Assembly (NCBI GenBank): GCA_000165425.1
Contig: CT868119.1
Coordinates: forward strand, 248,001 to 312,000
Direction: 5' to 3'
DNA: 64,000 nucleotides
Source: Paramecium tetraurelia
Taxonomy: Eukaryota
Below, in pieces: positions 25,007 to 38,674 of this stretch (the first letter of the stretch is position 1; each line of letters opens with the position of its first letter). Below the pieces are notes generated by a model. It was not told the origin of the DNA, ran no database searches, and was given only the letters and a program-made list of their open reading frames with translations. The position numbers and the translations under genes were made by a program.

Positions 25007-26721
25007 TCATAAAAAAGGTTGCTTAAGATCTAGACGTGGAGCTTGAGCCTTTGATTATTCCAACCTGTTCTTTTGAACATACTCCTGACCCTCTTCTGTG
25101 TGCTCATCTGCATATCCAATCTCAAATTAAAACCTTTGAAAACCCAAAGCTCCCAATAGCTTATCATATATGTCAAATATATTGCAAATGATCAAAATCA
25201 CCAATAAAATTGGAAAGGCCAATTTGAATTCGGCTATTCATTATATCTACAATTTAATACTTAAATATTAATCGAAATTGAAATTTCCAACAACATTTGC
25301 AATATCTGCATCTGATTCATTGAACATCCAAAAGAAATTAAAAGCCAAAGGAAAGGCAATTCTTGAAATGAAAGTGGCTGAAAAGATTAAAGATGGTCCA
25401 TCTGTGAAACCGTAATCATAAAATCCATATCTATTCAATCTTATACTTAGTAGTCCATACTATACACAATATAAAACATAGAGTAAAGGAATTAACACGA
25501 GTATTTGAACTGCAAAAAACTCTTCCTCATCATTTACGAAATAGATAAAAACATTGAACTTAAGATTACCAAAGATTGCAATCTCAGACAAAGTAATTAA
25601 AGCTCCAAGACAGATAAAAATGATAGCTGCACTGTACATGATAACTCTCCAAAATTTGACGTACCAATAATATTGTACTTTGTCTATGAAGTTTCCAAAA
25701 CAACCAGCTCTTTCTGGTCTTATGGCTGATGTTATTTTCTTCCCTCTCATATCACAATTTATGATGTCCTCTATAAATAATGCTTATTAAGTTAATATTT
25801 CCAATTTCTTTGTATTCCTTACACAATCATAGGACAATTCCTTTGCGCGCTTATGAATCTCTGCAAATTTATCAAGATTCATATCTTCTAAACCTTGGTC
25901 GTTCTTACTTCTTAGACGACTAAGCTTTGCTGAATCTATCTATTCCTTTGTGAATAATTGAAGTATCTTTTAGATATAAGGTTGATATTCTTCATTGTAT
26001 TTGTATTTTGATTCATAAGACAAAATCTCAATCAACAAATCATCTAGATCTAGGGATTCCTATTCAAGCAACTATTTAGTCTTGTTTATCGAATGATATT
26101 TTAAGTTAACTTAAATTTGATGGTTGCTTTCTCTAAAAAATTATTTGGGAATGGCAACGATCGCATATCCTAAAAGAAAAGTGACAATCAACAACCCTCT
26201 AAAGATTAATCAATTTTAATACAATGCATTACTCAGCACAACTGTAAATGCTAGCAAAGCTTGAAAAGTAAATGACTTCTCAACTAGCAAATATATTGTA
26301 AATGCTATTCCTAAAACCCCAAAAATCGCATAGGTTATCAAATTTATTTTAATCGCTTTAATGAGTTTTTGTTTAAAAGTGAATTCTCCTGCATCTTCAT
26401 AGTCTAAAGTGATTGGAAGAAAAAACCTATGATATAGAATACCATAATCATTACCATGTTAACAAAAATGTTACCCAATACAATACGACCCAAATAATCT
26501 CTATTTTGGTATCCTCCAATTCTTATTCATTCTAATTATCATTCGAATCTTACTTTGTAGATGTCTAATGGTAAGATTATAATCAGACTAAATGAAATCA
26601 ACCAAGAAATTAATGTTAAGGCTTTAACATAAAAATTCACTTGTTTTTAAGCATGACTATGTATTACATACCATAAGTATGCAACAAGGAATATTGATTC
26701 GATTATCAATAAAATTAACAT
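25007..26721 (-). CDS. LMBR1-family membrane protein (LMBRD2-like)
   Basis: SWLISFSLIIILPLDI, WVVLYWVTFLLTW/VFLPITLDYEDAGEFTFKQKL, LLGYAIVAIPK, TDGPSLIFSATFISRIAFPLAFNF. Confidence 0.92.
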
Positions 26722-27515
26722 TTAATTAACAAACATAGAATCGAATAAATAAGTATATGAATATTATATTAGATCAAATTTTTCAATTTTTATCCATATT
26801 ATACTAAATGCCATTTCAAAGTTTCATATTTCCTAATGAAGTGATGCACATAATAACTATACATATAATTATCATACTCTATTTGCAGAATTTATGTTTT
26901 TTAGATACTTTTAAATTAATTACCGATATGTTTATGATATAAATGCAAGATTAGATAAATCATTATGGAATTTATATGAGAATTGTTATATAAATTTATA
27001 TATCAATAATATAAGATAAATATTACGATTAACTATTAGTGTAGAGATCGATTTATAAATTATATTTGTTCATCAAAGTTAGTTTATCCTAATACTGTGT
27101 TAGAAATAAAATTTCATTTATATGGAATTACAATTAATTCTTTAAATATAAAATTGTGTTCCATTAGAAATTAATTCAAAAGAGATAATTATAATTGATG
27201 ACGTCGAGCGGAATTTTATTCATTAACAGTATTATTCACTTATTAAATCTAATAATTGGTTAATTTTCTAGATATAACACTCCAACTATTTCGTTTCTAA
27301 ATAATATTAATTTCTTTATAGCCTTATTATTTGAATCGAAATTGAACATAAAATTTACATGATGGTTTATTGTATAATTGCAAAATCTTTAATTGATGAT
27401 TGCTTATTTGCATCAATCATTCTCAATCTAAGAATCAACTATTTTAAGTATAATAAGCTGCATTACTTTGAGTTTTAAATAATTAATATTATAATTGCTG
27501 TTATTTTTAATTTCA

Positions 27516-28571
27516 ATGGGAAATTGTGCTACTTGCGATGATCCATCTATTTATGAGAATGCAAAACCGGTTAAAAATAAAACAAATTTAGAAAACTAAG
27601 AGAATATTTAATAACTCACTCCTAAGAGTAAATTATCTTAGAGCTTAGTTAAATCAGAAAATCCCAGTTTGATTGTTTAATAGCATATTAGGTAAAATAA
27701 TAGTTAATTTAAATAGATAAGATCTAAAGGTATTAGATTCAATGCCAGATTTCACTAATTAAAATACAAAAGCCTTACTAGAAAGATTATAACAATTTAA
27801 TTACGATCAAAATGAACCATTTGAATTTAAATAACTTCCTTTTTACGGACCAGTTGAGATGGAACCTAATGTATTTTATTATGGACAATGGAAAAATGGG
27901 TAGAGACATGGAAGAGGCAAGTAAGTTTGGGTGGATGGTTCGATTTATGAAGGATATTGGTTTTAAGATAAGGCTTGTGGAAATGGAAGATTAATTCATG
28001 CAGATGGAGATCTCTATGAAGGAAAATGGTTAAATGATAAAGCACACGGCTATGGAATTTATCATCATAAAGATGGAGCCTTTTATAAAGGAGAGTGGTA
28101 TGAGGATCAACAACATGGATACGGTTTAGAAAAATGGGCTGATGATTCTATGTTTGAAGGAACATATAACAATGGTATGAAAGATGGTCATGGTAAATTT
28201 AATTGGCCAGATGGCAGTTGCTATGTTGGAGAATTTACAAATAACAATATCCATGGAAAGGGACACTATTCCTGGGCTGATGGGAGAGTGTATGAGGGTG
28301 ATTGGAAAGAAAATTAGATGGAGGGTAAAGGAATTTTCACTTGGTCTGATGGAAGGTACAAATACATATTAAATAACATAGAAAATACATAGGAGAATAT
28401 ATAGATGATAAGAAACATGGTTATGGAGAGTTTTTTTGGCCTGATGGAAGAGTCTACAAGGGACAATGGTAGGATGGAAAATAACATGGAAGAGGAAAAT
28501 ATAAAGGAATTAATAATGTCTTTAGGGAAGGAGAATGGGTAGAAGGAAAATTATAAAAATGGATATAATGA
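27516..28571 (+). CDS. MORN-repeat protein with N-terminal acylation motif
   Basis: MGNCATCDD, then about 9 YxGxWxxxxxHGxG repeats ([28 protein letters not shown]...). Confidence 0.95.
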
Positions 28572-28591
28572 ATTTATTAATGATTTACTAA

Positions 28592-29439
28592 TCAATTAAG
28601 TTTGACTTCTTAGATGAATGGCCAATTTTTCCCAGTAATCCAAAAAGTTTGTGTTTTTTAATTGAATGCAATTCCATTCAGACATCCGTCTGGCCTGTTT
28701 GCTTCGTTGACGAGATTTGCGAAGTTATACTTTGCCAAAACTTTGCCTTTGTCAAGATCTATAGCATAGATATGTGTTTTTCCATATTAATTTGCATATA
28801 ATATTCCATTTGCATATTCTAATTCATTGAGATATTCCGTAGGAATTGTAACATGTAATATTTAAATTGATTTCAACAATTCAAAATCTTCATTAAGAAT
28901 ATGTATTTTGCTTGTTCCATCAGAAATAAGTATTTAAGTTTCTCCATTCTAAACTCGATGAGTTAACCCCCAACCTTCCTTTATGGATGGATGTAAATCA
29001 ATCTATCCTATGTATTATAGATCTTCCTTTTCATATACCATTCTAGGAGTATTATTAATGAATACATTTTTCTCTCCAACCAAGTTAATTAATAGACTTT
29101 GTTATTTATAATATCGCATCCTTCTCCAAAGTACTTATCGTCTAAATTTTATCTATTTTAAAGTTTATTAACATTCTTGAGATTAAAATAATGTATTCCA
29201 CTCTTTTTGTAAAGTCCTGCTGACTCTAATATGGTATCTTCATTCAAAAATGTGAATCCCTAACAATTTTATAAAATATGTACCTATGTATATTAAGGAT
29301 TGTTTGTATTATCTCTGTATATTCGTTTTAAGTATTAGTAGCTGCCTGTTGGCTTATTTTGAAGAAATTTTCCTTCAATTCCCAATTGCGAGTTAGCTGA
29401 TGTAATCATAATAATCAGGGCTATCATTCTTTTGATCAT
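28592..29439 (-). CDS. Secreted glutaminyl cyclase (glutamine cyclotransferase, plant/bacterial type I)
   Basis: Signal peptide, YTQ/GFTF...ESAGLY, YFGEG, QLTW, EGWGLT, SDGT, LNELEY...YAN, LNGIAF...TGKNWP. Confidence 0.93.
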
Positions 29440-29474
29440 TGTAATAAAATAATTTTAAGAAAAAATCTAAGAAA

Positions 29475-32101
29475 TCAATACTCCTTATCCCAATTAGGAT
29501 CACGAGCCTTTTCAGGTTTGTAAACATTCTAAGCAGTGGCAAGATCATTCTAGTCTACTAATTACAAAATACTTTTATTTCTTCGGTAATCAATTTACCG
29601 ACTTGGATAGCCTTTTAAATATCTTTATCGCTATGTAATTTATTTTTAGGTGGTAAATAAGGAGGTTTCAATTCTCTATTGATTAAAAGATCCTATTATA
29701 TAAATTTATTGATACATAATCGAATCTTTCAAAAAAAGAGTTATTTTTTAAACTAGCATAAGATGATCCTAGTCTAAGCTCTGGAGTCTTACTAAGCAAT
29801 TACTCAATTAATTTCTTAGCTTTTCTATCCTTCAATACTGATGGAAATGTTAATTATTTCTTTTAAATTTCTTCATAAATTTCATATCTAATATATGATT
29901 TATAAACAAATTTACGGATCGTCTGCATCTTCAGCATACGGAACATTTCCACACATGAATTCATACAAACAGATTCCGATAGACCATAGATCTACTGAGT
30001 AAGTGTATCCCTTGCCAGTTAATATTTCTGGTGCCATGTAATGTGGAGTTCCAATAATTGTGTATGTTCTCCCATTTTTACTCTTTAAATTTTTTGCAGT
30101 CCCTAAATCAATCAATTTCATGAATCCCTAAGATTTATAAACTTGGTGATAATACTTTTTCATCAATCATAATGTTTTCTGGTTTAATATCTCTATATAT
30201 GATATTATTCAAGTGTAAATATTCCATGCACAAAATCAATGATCCAATATAGAATTGAGAATCATAAGTGTTAAGCAATCCAATGTCTCTGATTACATCG
30301 AAAAGTTCCATTCCTCTAATGTACTCTTCTAAGAAGTAAATATAAGTATTGTCTTTGAAACTTCGAGCAAAATGCATTATTAATGGAAAGTTAACAGTTT
30401 CCAAAGCTATTTTTTCTTATGCCAAGTGCTTTTCAAGATTTTATTCAATAATTTATGCCTTTGAGATACATTTCAAAGCATATGTCTTTTTATCCATTTT
30501 ATTATGAACCAAATAAACATTACCGAATTATCCTTAGCCTAATTTCTTCACATAAATCAATTGATCCAATTAAAAATGCTTAAAAACATCTTATTTTTGA
30601 CCTTCCTCTTTCTTTATAAACCGATCATGAGCTTTTTCGTTCTTAGCAAAGATTTATTCTAAAGAACCTCCAATGATCTCAAAGAACTATTTAAACGTTA
30701 TTGTTGCTATCATTCCTTCATCTTTCATTATCACTGGCTCTCCTAATTTAACATTTTCTCCTTAATCTAAAAATTTATCACCAAACATTTATCCTTTCTC
30801 CAATATTTCCTTTCCATATTTAATTGAACCTTATAACACAATAATAATCTCTCTGCAAGCTTAGCCTTTCTCTATGATTACTTCTTCACTTTTCTTTTGT
30901 GTCTGTTACATATTGCTGACGATTCTTTCTACTTGCAATTTAGTCAATTTATTGAGAATAGCATGTCTTTCAAAAGCCCATCTTTAAAGATTGCTGTACA
31001 TAATCAATTGTATCTTATCTCCCAATATTCTAGTTAAGTCATCTCTTGCTAAAGCCAAAACTGTAGCATCCTCTTTTATAGCCTTTGCAGTAGCCCCTCT
31101 AACCGAATTCTATTGTAATGCTTATTCTCCCAAAGAGTCTCCTGCCTTCATTATTCTTATTTCTTTCCCTCCTCTAGATATCTATATTTCTCCTTTCTTA
31201 ATTATAAAGAAAGAGTCAGCTTGATCTCCTTCATTAACTATAATTTCTCCAGCTTTAAAATTTAAATTTATCAATGCTGATGGTATTGCTGCTTTTTAAT
31301 CATCAGTCAGTGATTCTATTTGTAAAATGATTATGTACCAAAAAACTGCACTTTATTTATGAATTCCTTATTCTAATCATAATCTTTTTACGAAATCGAT
31401 TCTATTGCCTTTCTGACTGTATTTCTATCAATTGCCCAAAAAGCACAATCTAAAAATAAATTTATTTTTACCTCCTATTGCCTTAACAGAAGCAGATCTT
31501 GGCGCATTATATAATAAGGCTAATTCTCCAAAGGCTTCACCACTTTTTAACGTTTTTTTTAATTCATTATTGATTATAATCTAGCACTGTCCACGTTCAA
31601 TTAAGAAGTATGAACTTGCCTTATCCCCTTGCTTAAAAACCATTTCACCATCATGAACTGTGCAATAAAACATTTTCTCAATGACCTTCACTCTTATCTA
31701 CTAAAAAATAGTGTTTATACTTGTCATCGGGTTGTAATTACCCAAAAATAAAGCTATTACCAAAAGCATTCAAAAGTAATTGAAAATCAAATGGGCTTTT
31801 GACTTTTTCCTATTTTTGGACATTCTCATAAATGACTTCTTGATCAATGACCGCAGCTATTTTGGCCATCTTCTTCTGCTCTTTTCTTTTTGGCTAAGAA
31901 ATATTGAATCCTCAAATATACTTCATTCTCTTATTTTGCCTAATCTATTTCTTGAGCCGGCTCCTCTTATTTCTCAGGCACTTGAGTCTTCACTTCCTCC
32001 GGCTTAGGAGGTTGCATCTATTAGATAGGAGGAGGCTAGGAAGTAGTAACCTCTAAATCATTTTTATCATTAATTGGATTTTACCGACAAATGTTTCCCA
32101 T
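29475..32101 (-). CDS. PKG: cGMP-dependent protein kinase (tandem cNMP-binding domains plus AGC kinase)
   Basis: MGNIC N-terminus. FGELALLYNAPRSASV, a second site FGEQALQQNSVRGATA and a degenerate third site. Kinase motifs LGQGQFG, YRDIKPEN, DLGTAK, TIIGTPHYMAPE. Confidence 0.93.
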
Positions 32102-32385
32102 TAATGTTAATATTTATTTATTAATAAAATAAAGGAAAATAAATTTATAATTAATCCAACATCAGAAAAGCAAATTTATTGGATAAAAGTAACAAACTTC
32201 TACACAATTAAATGATATTTTTAATCGAAGAAATGCTTATGCCTTTATGAGATGCATCTAATAAAATGGCATGGTTATTAATCATTCATTTATAAAGATT
32301 TAAAGTCGTAATAAAGCTTAGTTGGCTCATATTTAATTAAATAAATTGATTGAGTAATATACTGGGTATGAATATTGTTCATTAT

Positions 32386-32784
32386 TCATGATTATATTGT
32401 TTCATCTGAAAAATTCCATTGATTTAAATCGCTCCAATTTTCACTCTGTTTTCTTTTAACATTAGAAGTCTTCTTTATAACAATTCTAGCTGATTGTGGG
32501 AATTCAGCTAATGTTACAAATCTTCTCACTTTATTTTTTAGTTAACACTATCCATTCTAAATTGGGTACATCGTTCGGTTTACATTAGTTTTAGCTCTAT
32601 AGGTCTAATTGTGACATTTATTTAAATCTTTTAATTCCATTTTGGCCAACCTAATTTTCATATATTTTTAAAAAAGGTTTTCTCTAGGTTTGTTTCTCTC
32701 AGGCTAGTTTGATAGCATAGTTAAGGGCTAAGAATTCTATTATTAGAATTCAAATGAGTTTTTATGTAAGCATAATGAGAACAT
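32386..32784 (-). CDS. Hypothetical protein (132 aa)
   Basis: Intronless code-6 ORF MFSLCLHKNSFEFQQQ...WSDLNQWNFSDETIQS-TGA. Confidence 0.65.
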
Positions 32785-32969
32785 TGTCAAAAAGTTTAGA
32801 TAAATTGAAAAAAATAAGAAATTTATTATCTGAAAAACGTGTAATATGAACTTTTAGTCAATTAGAATACATTATTAATGATAATAATGAAAATTAAATA
32901 TGATTTTATTGATAAAGAGTAGATATTTATTTAATTCCCTTACATTTTTAATATTATTTAATTATTAAA

Positions 32970-33621
32970 ATGCTGCCATAGTTAAAACTCATCTCATTAA
33001 TTGTAAGAGTATTTGCGAGACCAATCATTACAAGCAGAAAAGAAGTGTCAATCGAGAAGGTCCTGATGAGCAAACAAAGATTTTTGACTCAATAAATATA
33101 AAATTTAGGAAATTATTATTATTACACTGATGTATAGAGATTATGAAAGATAGTAAAAAATTGATAGAATGTATTTGAATTAAAATTTGCACGATGAATA
33201 TGATAAATTAAATGATGAAGATGCTCTAAAATTGGTTATTTTAATTACTATTATCTTGTAGGGCACAGAATTTTTATTAGAAATGATAATATATACCATT
33301 TTGATACTAGTCTCCTTATTTGAAATATACAAAACTTATTTTGAATAATAAGAAAGATTATAAAATATGAATAATACAATTAAAGTAATTTTTATGTTAA
33401 AATAGAATTTATAATAATAAATTAAAGTTATTAAAGAATTGAAATTGAAAGACTTGAATAATCTTTCGAGAGTTTATGAAATTTACGAAGCAAATCTTAA
33501 GTCATTTCAAATTAAATAAGAAAAAGCATTGTAGTAAGTCTCCTCAGTCAGATAAGTAAATTTATTTTGATAATATAAGCTTTATCTTGAGAATTTAAAA
33601 AAGGACAATCAAAATTGTTGA
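32970..33621 (+). CDS. OPA3: OPA3-like mitochondrial protein
   Basis: MLPQLKLISLIVRVFARPII...LGNYYY...KLNDEDALKL/GTEFLLEMIIYTILILVSLFEIYK followed by a coiled coil. Confidence 0.8.
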
Positions 33622-33692
33622 TTGTATTTAGATGTAATAAATTTGATATCATAAACAAAATGATTTTTTTCAAAATTTGATAGTTGAATTCA

Positions 33693-35004
33693 TCATCCTT
33701 TCTTCTGTAAGGTATCTGAGTCTTCTATTTTTTTACAAATCAAATGAAAATCTCTGAGTTTATTATCATAATAATGGTTGTATGACTTACTGTTCTTAGG
33801 ACTAGCAGTATTCCTCTGCTTTAGTTCTTTGATTGTTTAATTTTCCTATTGGATCACTTAGTATAATTGATATGATTACATTTGATGAAATCTCTTAATT
33901 TATAGAAATACTTCTTTCTATGTTCAGCATTTGTATCTATTCCTGAATGTCCAATGTTTTCTACTTCCCAATGTTCATATAGTCGTTAACAATTATTTGC
34001 TAATAACTTTGCCTATGTAAAATCGATTATTTCGTCTTCTAAACCATGCATGATGAAAACTGGGCATGTAACATTTTAGATTCTATCAACATTAGGAAAA
34101 ATATCATAGAATGGAGTTGATTTCAATTTATTATTTACAACCCTCAATCCAGAACTTAAACCTGAGTGAACAACTAGGCCACCAACTGGAAATTCATTAT
34201 CAGAAACTAGCATAACACTAGGTCCAGATCCTATACTATAACCATAAACAATTATTTTTGTCGGATCAAATTTTAATTAAGTGACTAAAAAATCATATGC
34301 CACTTAAATATTATTAATGATATTGAGATCGGTGCATTTACCTTAAGATAGTCCATAACCTGAATATTCGTATGCAAAGACATTGATTCTCAAGTTCGTA
34401 CACAAATCTAGTATTATATTCATTTCAAGTTACCAATTAATGTATCAATCATATAACCCAAATCGCTTGCATTCCCATGGCTAAATAATATCACCATATC
34501 ACTCAATGGAAAAGTACTTTTGACATAAAGTGATGCTATTCTATGTCCTTTTCTGCCTTTTAAAAAATATCCAGTCAATTCTAAATTTTCTTGCTTTGGT
34601 ATTATTATCTCTTTTCCATTCTCATCAATTAAATAAAAATCATGAGTCGGATATATAGGACTTATTAAATTAAATTTGACTATTACTCCTCGCGTGTAGG
34701 ACTAGTACTTCCACTTGAAAATTGCATTAGTTCTTCTGCTAAATCGATCAAACCTAATGAGTTTATATTTTCATCATCATAGGATTTTGATTTCTATCTT
34801 ATTTCTGGATTAGCATTCAATTTATTTTAACGAATAAGAAGTTTTATTTGTGCTTTAAGTTGTATTATCTTCCAATCTTTATTTTAAAGCATAGCTAACT
34901 TTTGGTGGTTGAAAGGCAATGTTTTTTAATATTTTTTATCTTAAACCACAAAAACTTAGTGATTAAAATATCCCTACTGTTAGAGAAGACTTTAGATTTG
35001 ACAT
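33693..35004 (-). CDS. ABHD17: ABHD17-like alpha/beta hydrolase (depalmitoylase)
   Basis: IAFQPPKVSY, LFSHGNASDLG, YEYSGYGLS, YGYSIGSGP (nucleophile), DIFPNVDRI, IMHGLEDEII, GH. One +1 A near 34825-34828. Confidence 0.92.
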
Positions 35005-36360
35005 AGCAAATTTTTGTATATATAAATTTTGATTAATCATTTGAAACAATTTCTTCTAATATCATTAAGAAAAACTTTCATATAATTGATATAGATGAAA
35101 AATTTTTGCGATAGCCTTTTTAATAAGATTTAATTAATTGTTTAATCCCTTTTAACATCCAATAGAAGAATGAATAAAATTATTATTTTAGTAAATAATC
35201 ATAAAAAGTGGAAATAAAATTGAGACAATTGTTTTAGATATGTTCATTAATTTAGCAGTTAACAAATATAAAGGTGGCAATCTTTTTCCCTTGTTACAAT
35301 AATAACTTGAGGACGAATAGTCCTCTGGCAACTCAAGCCAAATTATAAGTCAAAATAAGAAAAATTCAACCTTTCTCCTTAAGCCTAATCAACTTGAATT
35401 GTTAGAATTACGTATAGAAATTATTTTTATACTTGAATTACATTATGAGAAAATAATTATTAAAGTATTCAAAAATAATTAAATTTTTCAAAGAATATTA
35501 AAACTCAACTAACTAGTTTAAAAAATCACCTAAAAAAATAAATGTCAAAAAAATAAGACTTTAAGTATTCATCAAATTCACTAATAGAAAATAATTATTC
35601 TCAATTTAATATTATTGATTTCATATAGAGAGATTAAATTTAATAAAACAAAGATTATTATCTATTTTATTGTTTATAAATTCAAAAATAACTAAATAAT
35701 TAGGGTATTAATTTAAGAGTTTTCCTATTTTAGTTATTTTTTATCATTCTACGTTCTTTATTGCAATTTTTAATATTTTCAGATATATAAGTATTAGTTG
35801 AGTCAATGGAAAATCAAATATTAATTGGTTGAATAATTCTTCAGATATTTTATACATTCTTTTAATTTCATTGTCAGACGATTTTGAAGTTTTTCTTTAT
35901 TAGCAAATCTCAAATTGATTTTAATTCATTTAAGGATATTTTAAATAAGTTTTATCTTATTAAGAAATAAATATTATAATAATTTTAAAGAACAATATTC
36001 GATTTATTTTAGATTATTCTAGATTATTTTATGGCCTAATCGCAAATAGAGCTAGAACCAAATCTAAATACAAAATTATTATTATTTTGCATATATATAA
36101 CAAGTTGAACAGTGAATAGTTACTTTAAAAACAACTAAAACCAAGATTAAAAAAAATGTAAACAGTACAAGAAAAATTTGTAATAAACTATTTTATGATT
36201 AAATAGTAACATAAATTGTTTGGCCGATTTATAATAACATTTTGGAAGTCATTTAAATTTATATTTAATGTAATAGTACTTTAAAATTCACATTCAGTTT
36301 AAGTTCTTTTATTATAATTATTTTTATTTAGAACATTTATCATTATTTTATTAATAAATA

Positions 36361-36981
36361 TCACATATATACAAACAGATCGTCTTCTGTACTATCATCT
36401 TTATTTTAAACCATATTTATTCCTTTATATTGAGATAAAATTTACATCAATGAAATTAAACTCTCCTTAAGCTCTTAAGAATTCATCGGTATGAACTCAT
36501 CTTATCTGAGCGATATTTTATGTTATTGTCCCAAACGAGGTGTTTTCACCCTTTAAATCAATTTTTAGAGATAGTTTAATTCAGTTGTTTAAATAGTTTA
36601 GACTATAGTTTCAGTTTTGTTAATTATTGGAGGAGAATGACAACATTGTTTATCTGATTTCTCTGATTTAATTCGGCTTGTTCGATTACCCCTTATCTTT
36701 GGAGAGGCTTTGTGTCTATCAACTGACTTAAAGTTTAAGTCATATTGTAACGACGGCAAAATAAATTTGGAAGGTCTTTTCCTATCTTGAGAAGACCCAA
36801 AAACAACAGAATTTTTATTTGCAGAAGCCTTCATAGTGTTATTAATTTTGCATGCCAAAGAAAAATGGTTTTGATGCAAATTGTTTAATTTGAACCTTTA
36901 AAAATTAGGAGATGCATCATATCTATCGTTTTCAATAGTTTTAGTCACCTATATGGATTCTATGATGGGTACATATATCAT
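36361..36981 (-). CDS. Hypothetical protein
   Basis: Code-6 ORF MIYVPIIESIQVTKTIENDRYDASPNF...STEDDLFVYM-TGA, with a possible 24-nt intron at 36949-36972. Confidence 0.7.
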
Positions 36982-37081
36982 TATTAAATTTTATAATATA
37001 TTTTAAGTTGATGATATCACTTTCTTTTCGTATTTTTGAAATGTAGAATAATTATAAATTGATTATCAAATAAAATATTTA

Positions 37082-38674
37082 TCATTAACAAGTTTTTAAA
37101 AGTCTCAAGTGTTCCTCCTTTATTTTCATAAACTTATCGTTAAATGAATTGAGCATATTAGTTAAATGTTTGATTTATTCATTTTGTTATGCAATGTGCT
37201 AAGCAGATTGGTTATCATTTATTAAAATAGTCTTTGATTCTAATTGTTTAATTTTATCTTCAGATCTCTCATTAAGTTATTTCCAAGCTTTTATCTATTG
37301 ATCTTGGTTTTTTATTTTTTCTTTTAAAATATCTATTTCCTTTTTATAATTCTCTTCCTGAATTAACATACTCATATGTAAAGCATAGTATTAATCATTA
37401 GTTTAGTTTAAATCTTGAGCGAGGTTGATTTGATCATTTGTATTCATTCTAGAATCCGGTCTCAAATCAGTAGCTTCAAAGGAATTCAATCTGGACTCTC
37501 TTCTTGAGGCTTCTCTAATTTTTTCATTCAAACAAGCTTCCTTCTAATGGAATTCATGATTGAGTTCATTAATTTTTGATTAGAGTTATTGAACATCAGA
37601 TTCAAGTTATAAAGTTCTTTTTTTTTCATTTTAGAATGAATTAAATATTTCCTAAAAGGAGGTTTGCAATTTATTTAATTATCTATCCTTATCTTCTATC
37701 AGTTTAGTATAATATAATTTTTATTATGATAATTTTTCTTTGGCTTGTTCATATTTTTACTCCTATTTTATGTATTGCATGATTTTAAGTTTCAATTATT
37801 CATTTTCCAATCGAGTATTATCTTTCAACAAATTTGCCTCCTTTATTAAACTTTATTAAGACTAAACTTTGATTTCTAATTCTCTAGTTTTAGATTAACT
37901 TGACCATAACTATTTATTTAAATCTTCTAATTCTTTAATTTTCTCTTCATTGAATGAGGATTTTCTCTCTAAAATTGATAATAAATACAAAAGTAATACC
38001 ATGTGATTCCAACATGACAATATGTTCAGCTTTTTCTTTGTTTTCCTAATCCAATTTTTTTATTGACATCTTTTATTCAATGATTTCATTCATCAATACT
38101 TAATGTTAATGAACTAATTTTTGATTTTCTGTTTCTAATTCATCTATTTTATCTAATAAACTTTTATCTTCAGATTATGTAAATGGTTCAACCAATGTTT
38201 ATAAATATTAAGAAATTAATTCCTGTTTTTTTTCTGGTAATTACAAGACTGGCACAAAAAAATCGTCTTAGAAATCGCTCTATAAAATTAGCTAAAAGAA
38301 ATAAAATTATTTAACAACTTAGCATATGACTCCAAATAGTTTTAAAATTTAAGTCTCATTTCTATCTTTTGCTATTTCCATAACATTAATCTCTAATTAT
38401 TTGTGTGTATAATCTGTTAATTTGTCAACTATCAATTTCAATCTAGACATATTAAGTGCCCAATTATCTGTGTAGGCTTAATTTTCTAAGACCTAAGTAA
38501 TTTTGATTTAAATTTTACATGGAAAGTAGATCCAAAATGATCTGTATTAATGTGATTTAAAATTTATATGAATAGAGTACCATCCACATATTCTCTAAAA
38601 CCTGTATGGTATTTTAAAAAGCTTATCTTGTTCATCCAATCTACTATTGCTGACTAAAGTTCTTAGTTTTACAT
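37082..38674 (-). CDS. HOOK-like protein (N-terminal Hook/CH domain plus long coiled coil)
   Basis: LQSAIVDWMNKI...YVDGTLFIQILNHINTDHF...TDNWALNMSRLKLIVDKLTDY...INVMEIAK...ILKLFGVI, followed by over 300 aa of heptad-rich sequence. Confidence 0.72.

Noticed and set aside
27195..27215. TGATGACGTCGAGCGG: C-box or CRE-like, CpG-rich motif in an intergenic region
   Set aside because: Single occurrence with no D box. It cannot be distinguished from chance.
27890..28560. Periodic ~69-bp pattern suggesting a repeat array or CRISPR
   Set aside because: It is degenerate MORN protein repeats (also at 60030-60630), with no identical direct repeats and spacers, in a eukaryotic context.
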